This document shows, piece after piece, positions 59,150 through 62,140 of a stretch of DNA of 62,140 nt. Each line of letters starts with the position of its first letter. Position 1 is the first letter of the stretch. The notes beneath the pieces are model-generated. The model saw only the letters and a program-made list of their open reading frames with translations, was not told the origin of the DNA and did no database searches. The translations under genes were made by a program, and so were the position numbers. Source of the stretch: Cytophagales bacterium. GTDB lineage: Bacteria > Bacteroidota > Bacteroidia > Cytophagales > Bernardetiaceae. Location of the stretch: positions 1 to 62,140 of the forward strand of contig RDZD01000016.1 in the NCBI GenBank assembly GCA_004293815.1, given 5' to 3'.

Positions 59150-62140
59150 GCGTTTTAAACATTCTAAGTTACTCCCTTGGGGACTACTCTTGGCTGGATT
59201 TTTTCTGTCCGACTACAGAGCTTGGGCACAAGACGATCAAAAAAAATGGTCTGTCACTGACTTCAATAAAAATTTATCTGCTAACGAGGTCAGTATTCAG
59301 ACCTCTGAAGGTACGTGGATGAATGTGGATGTGAGTCCTGATGGCAAAGAAATTGCCTTTGACTTGTTGGGTGATATCTATCTTATGCCTATTACAGGTG
59401 GTACAGCCAAGTTGCTGCGCGGAGGTGCTGCGTGGGAAGTACAGCCACGCTTTAGTCCCGATGGCTCAAAAATCGCTTTCACCTCTGATGCGGAAGGTGG
59501 TGATAACATTTGGACTATGAGCAAAGATGGCTCAAACGCCAAGTCTGTAACGACAGAAACCATGCAATTGCTGAATAATCCTTGTTGGACACCAGATGGT
59601 CAGTATATTGTGGCGCGCAAGCATTTTACGTCTGAGCGTTCTGCGGGCGCGGGCGAAATGTGGCTCTACCACGTTTCAGGTGGAAGTGGTACACAGCTCA
59701 CTGCCCGTAAAAACGATCAGCAGGACGTAAACGAGCCTAGTATGTCACCTGACGGCCGCTATCTCTACTTTAGTGAGGACTTTTATCCGGGTGGATACTT
59801 TCAATACAACAAAAATCCTAACTCTATGATTTATGTCATTAGACGCTTTGACCGACAGAAGGGGCGTTTAGACAATATCATAGCAGGGCCTGGCGGTGCT
59901 TTTCGTCCACAGGTATCGCCCAACGGTCAGTTACTGGCTTTTGTAAAGCGTGTGCAAGAAAAAACCGTGCTTTACGTGCATAACCTAGCCACAGGCGAAG
60001 AGTATCCAGTTTATGACAAACTTTCTAAAGATCAGCAAGAAGCATGGGCTTTGTTTGGGGCTTACACAGGCTACAACTGGCTACCTGACAACCAACATGT
60101 GGTTATCTGGGCACAAGGCAAGATTATGAAAGTGGATACTAAAAGCTTTAATGCCACCGAAATCCCCTTTGTAGCTGAAGCTAAACACCGTGTTACAGAC
60201 GCGGTAAGATTTGAACAGAAGCCTTATGATACAGATTTTGAGGCACAAGTCATACGCCACGCCACCACCTCACCCGATGGCAAAACCTTGCTCTTTAGTG
60301 CTTTGGGCTATATTTGGAAAAAGGACTTGCCCAGCGGTACACCCACACGCCTCACGACTCAGAGTACAGACTTTGAGGCTGAACCTTGTTTTTCACCCGA
60401 CGGAAACAGCATTGTATACGTCACCTGGAATGATGAAAATTATGGCAGCATCTATCAATATGCTTGGAAAAATCCGAAGCTAAAACCTGAACAACTCATT
60501 AAAGACAAGGGTATTTATCGTACCCCAGCCTTCTCCCCAGACGGCAAAAAGATTGTGTTTCATAAAGAAGAAGGCAACGACCATCAAGGTTTTACATACT
60601 GCAAAACACCAGGGCTTTATTGGATGGAAGCTAAAGTGGGCAGTAAGCCTAACTTGATTGTAGAAGAAGGAGAAAAGCCCTCTTTTAACAAAGACGGCAG
60701 CCGTATTTTTTATATGACAGGGGGCTATTTGTTTGGTTCACTCCAAAAAGCCTTTAAAAGCTGTAAGTTGGATGGCGGCGAGCCTCTCACGCATTATAAC
60801 TCTACGTATGCCAACCAGTATGCCGTAAGCCCTGATAATCAATGGCTTGCTTTTGGCGAGCTACATCAAGTATACGTAACCCCTTTGGTGCAGAACGGTT
60901 TAGCCATGAATCTTTCTTCAGGAAGCAAAGATTTTCCTATCACACGTATTACCCAAGACGCTGGTATCAATATCCATTGGTCAACGGATAGTAAAAATAT
61001 ACTCTGGACTTTGGGCGATGAGTATTTCAGCCGCAAACTTTCGGACTGCTTCACCTTTGTACCCAATGCACCAGACTCGCTCCCTAAGCCGAGCGCAACA
61101 GGTCTGAAAGTAGGATTAAAAGTTCAATCAGATGCTCCAAAAGGACTTTTAGCTCTCAAGAATGCCCGTATCATTACTATGAATGCACAGCGTCAGGTGA
61201 TAGAAAACGGTGTTGTCTTAATAGAGAACAACCGCATTAAAGCGGTGGGTACAGCTGCGGAGGTACAAATTCCTGCCAACACCAAAACAGTGGATTTAAG
61301 TGGAAAAACAATCATTCCAGGTCTTGTGGACGTTCACGCGCATTTGGGCACTTTCCGACAGGGTCTTTCGCCTCAGAAACAATGGCAATATTACGCCAAC
61401 TTAGCTTATGGCGTTACTACCACACATGATCCTTCGTCTAACTCTGAAATGGTATTTTCGCAAGCCGAAATGGTGAAGGCTGGTCAGATGGTAGGCCCTC
61501 GCATTTTTTCTACTGGTACTATCATTTATGGTGCAGACGGCGACTTTAAAGCAGTCATTAACAATTTAAACGATGCAGAATCAGCCCTAAGACGTACACA
61601 AGCCTACGGTGCTTTTTCTGTAAAAAGTTATAATCAGCCACGCCGCGAACAGCGTCAGCAAGTCATTCAAGCAGCGCAAAAGCTGGGCATGATGGTTTAT
61701 CCCGAAGGAGGTTCTCACTTTTTTCATAACATGACCATGATACTAGACGGGCACACGAGTATAGAACACAATATTCCTGTGGCACCTCTTTATAACGATG
61801 TTGTAAAGCTCTGGTCTGCCTCTAAAACCGTGAATGCCCCCACTCTGATTGTTTGTTATGGTGCAGTAAATGGCGAATATTACTGGTATCAGAATACAAA
61901 TGTTTGGGAAAAACAACGGCTTTTGAACTTTACTCCGCGTTCTGTGCTAGATGCGCGTGCTCGCCACAGAACTATGATTCCTCAAGGTGAGTATGAAAAT
62001 GGGCATATATTGGTGTCAAAATCTCTAAAAAAGCTTCACGACGCAGGGGTATGTATAGGTGTGGGCGGACACGGTCAGCTGCAAGGTTTGGGGGTTCACT
62101 GGGAAATGTGGATGCTGGCGCAAGGCGGTATGAGCAGCAT
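59150..62140 (+). CDS. PD40/TolB-like beta-propeller fused to metal-dependent amidohydrolase domain protein (3'-truncated by the window end)
   Basis: A signal peptide is followed by PD40 repeats (SPDGKEIAFD, SPDGSKIAFTSD, SPDGRYLYFS, SPNGQLLAFV, SPDGKTLLFS, SPDGNSIVYV, SPDGKKIVFH). An amidohydrolase core follows (IIPGLVDVHAHLG...HDP...GVGGHG). The reading frame remains open at 62140. Confidence 0.8.

Noticed and set aside
1-62140. tRNA, rRNA, tmRNA and RNase P genes
   Set aside because: I scanned the larger intergenic gaps by eye for T-loop-like GTTCRANYC motifs and GC-rich structured stretches and found none convincing. Profile-based tools such as tRNAscan and Infernal are needed to be sure.

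Overview
This 62 kb window is gene-dense chromosomal DNA with about 45% GC, and its gene content places it in a Bacteroidota gliding bacterium. The evidence for that is a 2024-aa surface protein ending in a T9SS type-B ('gliding motility-associated') C-terminal domain, a PorE-like TPR/PD40/OmpA protein, a TolC, and several lipoproteins with Bacteroidota-style lipoboxes. Most of the window is housekeeping: hemC, hemB, murI, uvrA, ung, gatA, tatA, sucD, clpB, kynureninase, an RluA-family pseudouridine synthase, two lone peptide-ABC permeases, and MATE and APC transporters. I found no rRNA, tRNA, CRISPR array or classical IS element by eye. One Rpn/YhgA-like PD-(D/E)XK 'transposase' sits at the left edge. 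The less ordinary content is: (i) a tight three-gene cassette of an ECF sigma factor, a small partner protein and an N-terminally shortened ClpP paralogue; (ii) a co-oriented run of five signal-peptide proteins that includes two tandem LVIVD-repeat lipoproteins; (iii) the giant Ig-repeat T9SS adhesin with a 640-bp AT-rich leader and no adjacent PorP/SprF partner; (iv) an FkbM methyltransferase gene whose 5' half is about 22% GC; (v) a sensor-type propeller/Y_Y_Y protein with no kinase domain; and (vi) an orphan sigma-54 activator. Several clean intrinsic-terminator hairpins and one perfect 17-bp palindrome are visible. All functional calls are motif recognition by eye with no database search, and start codons are best guesses.
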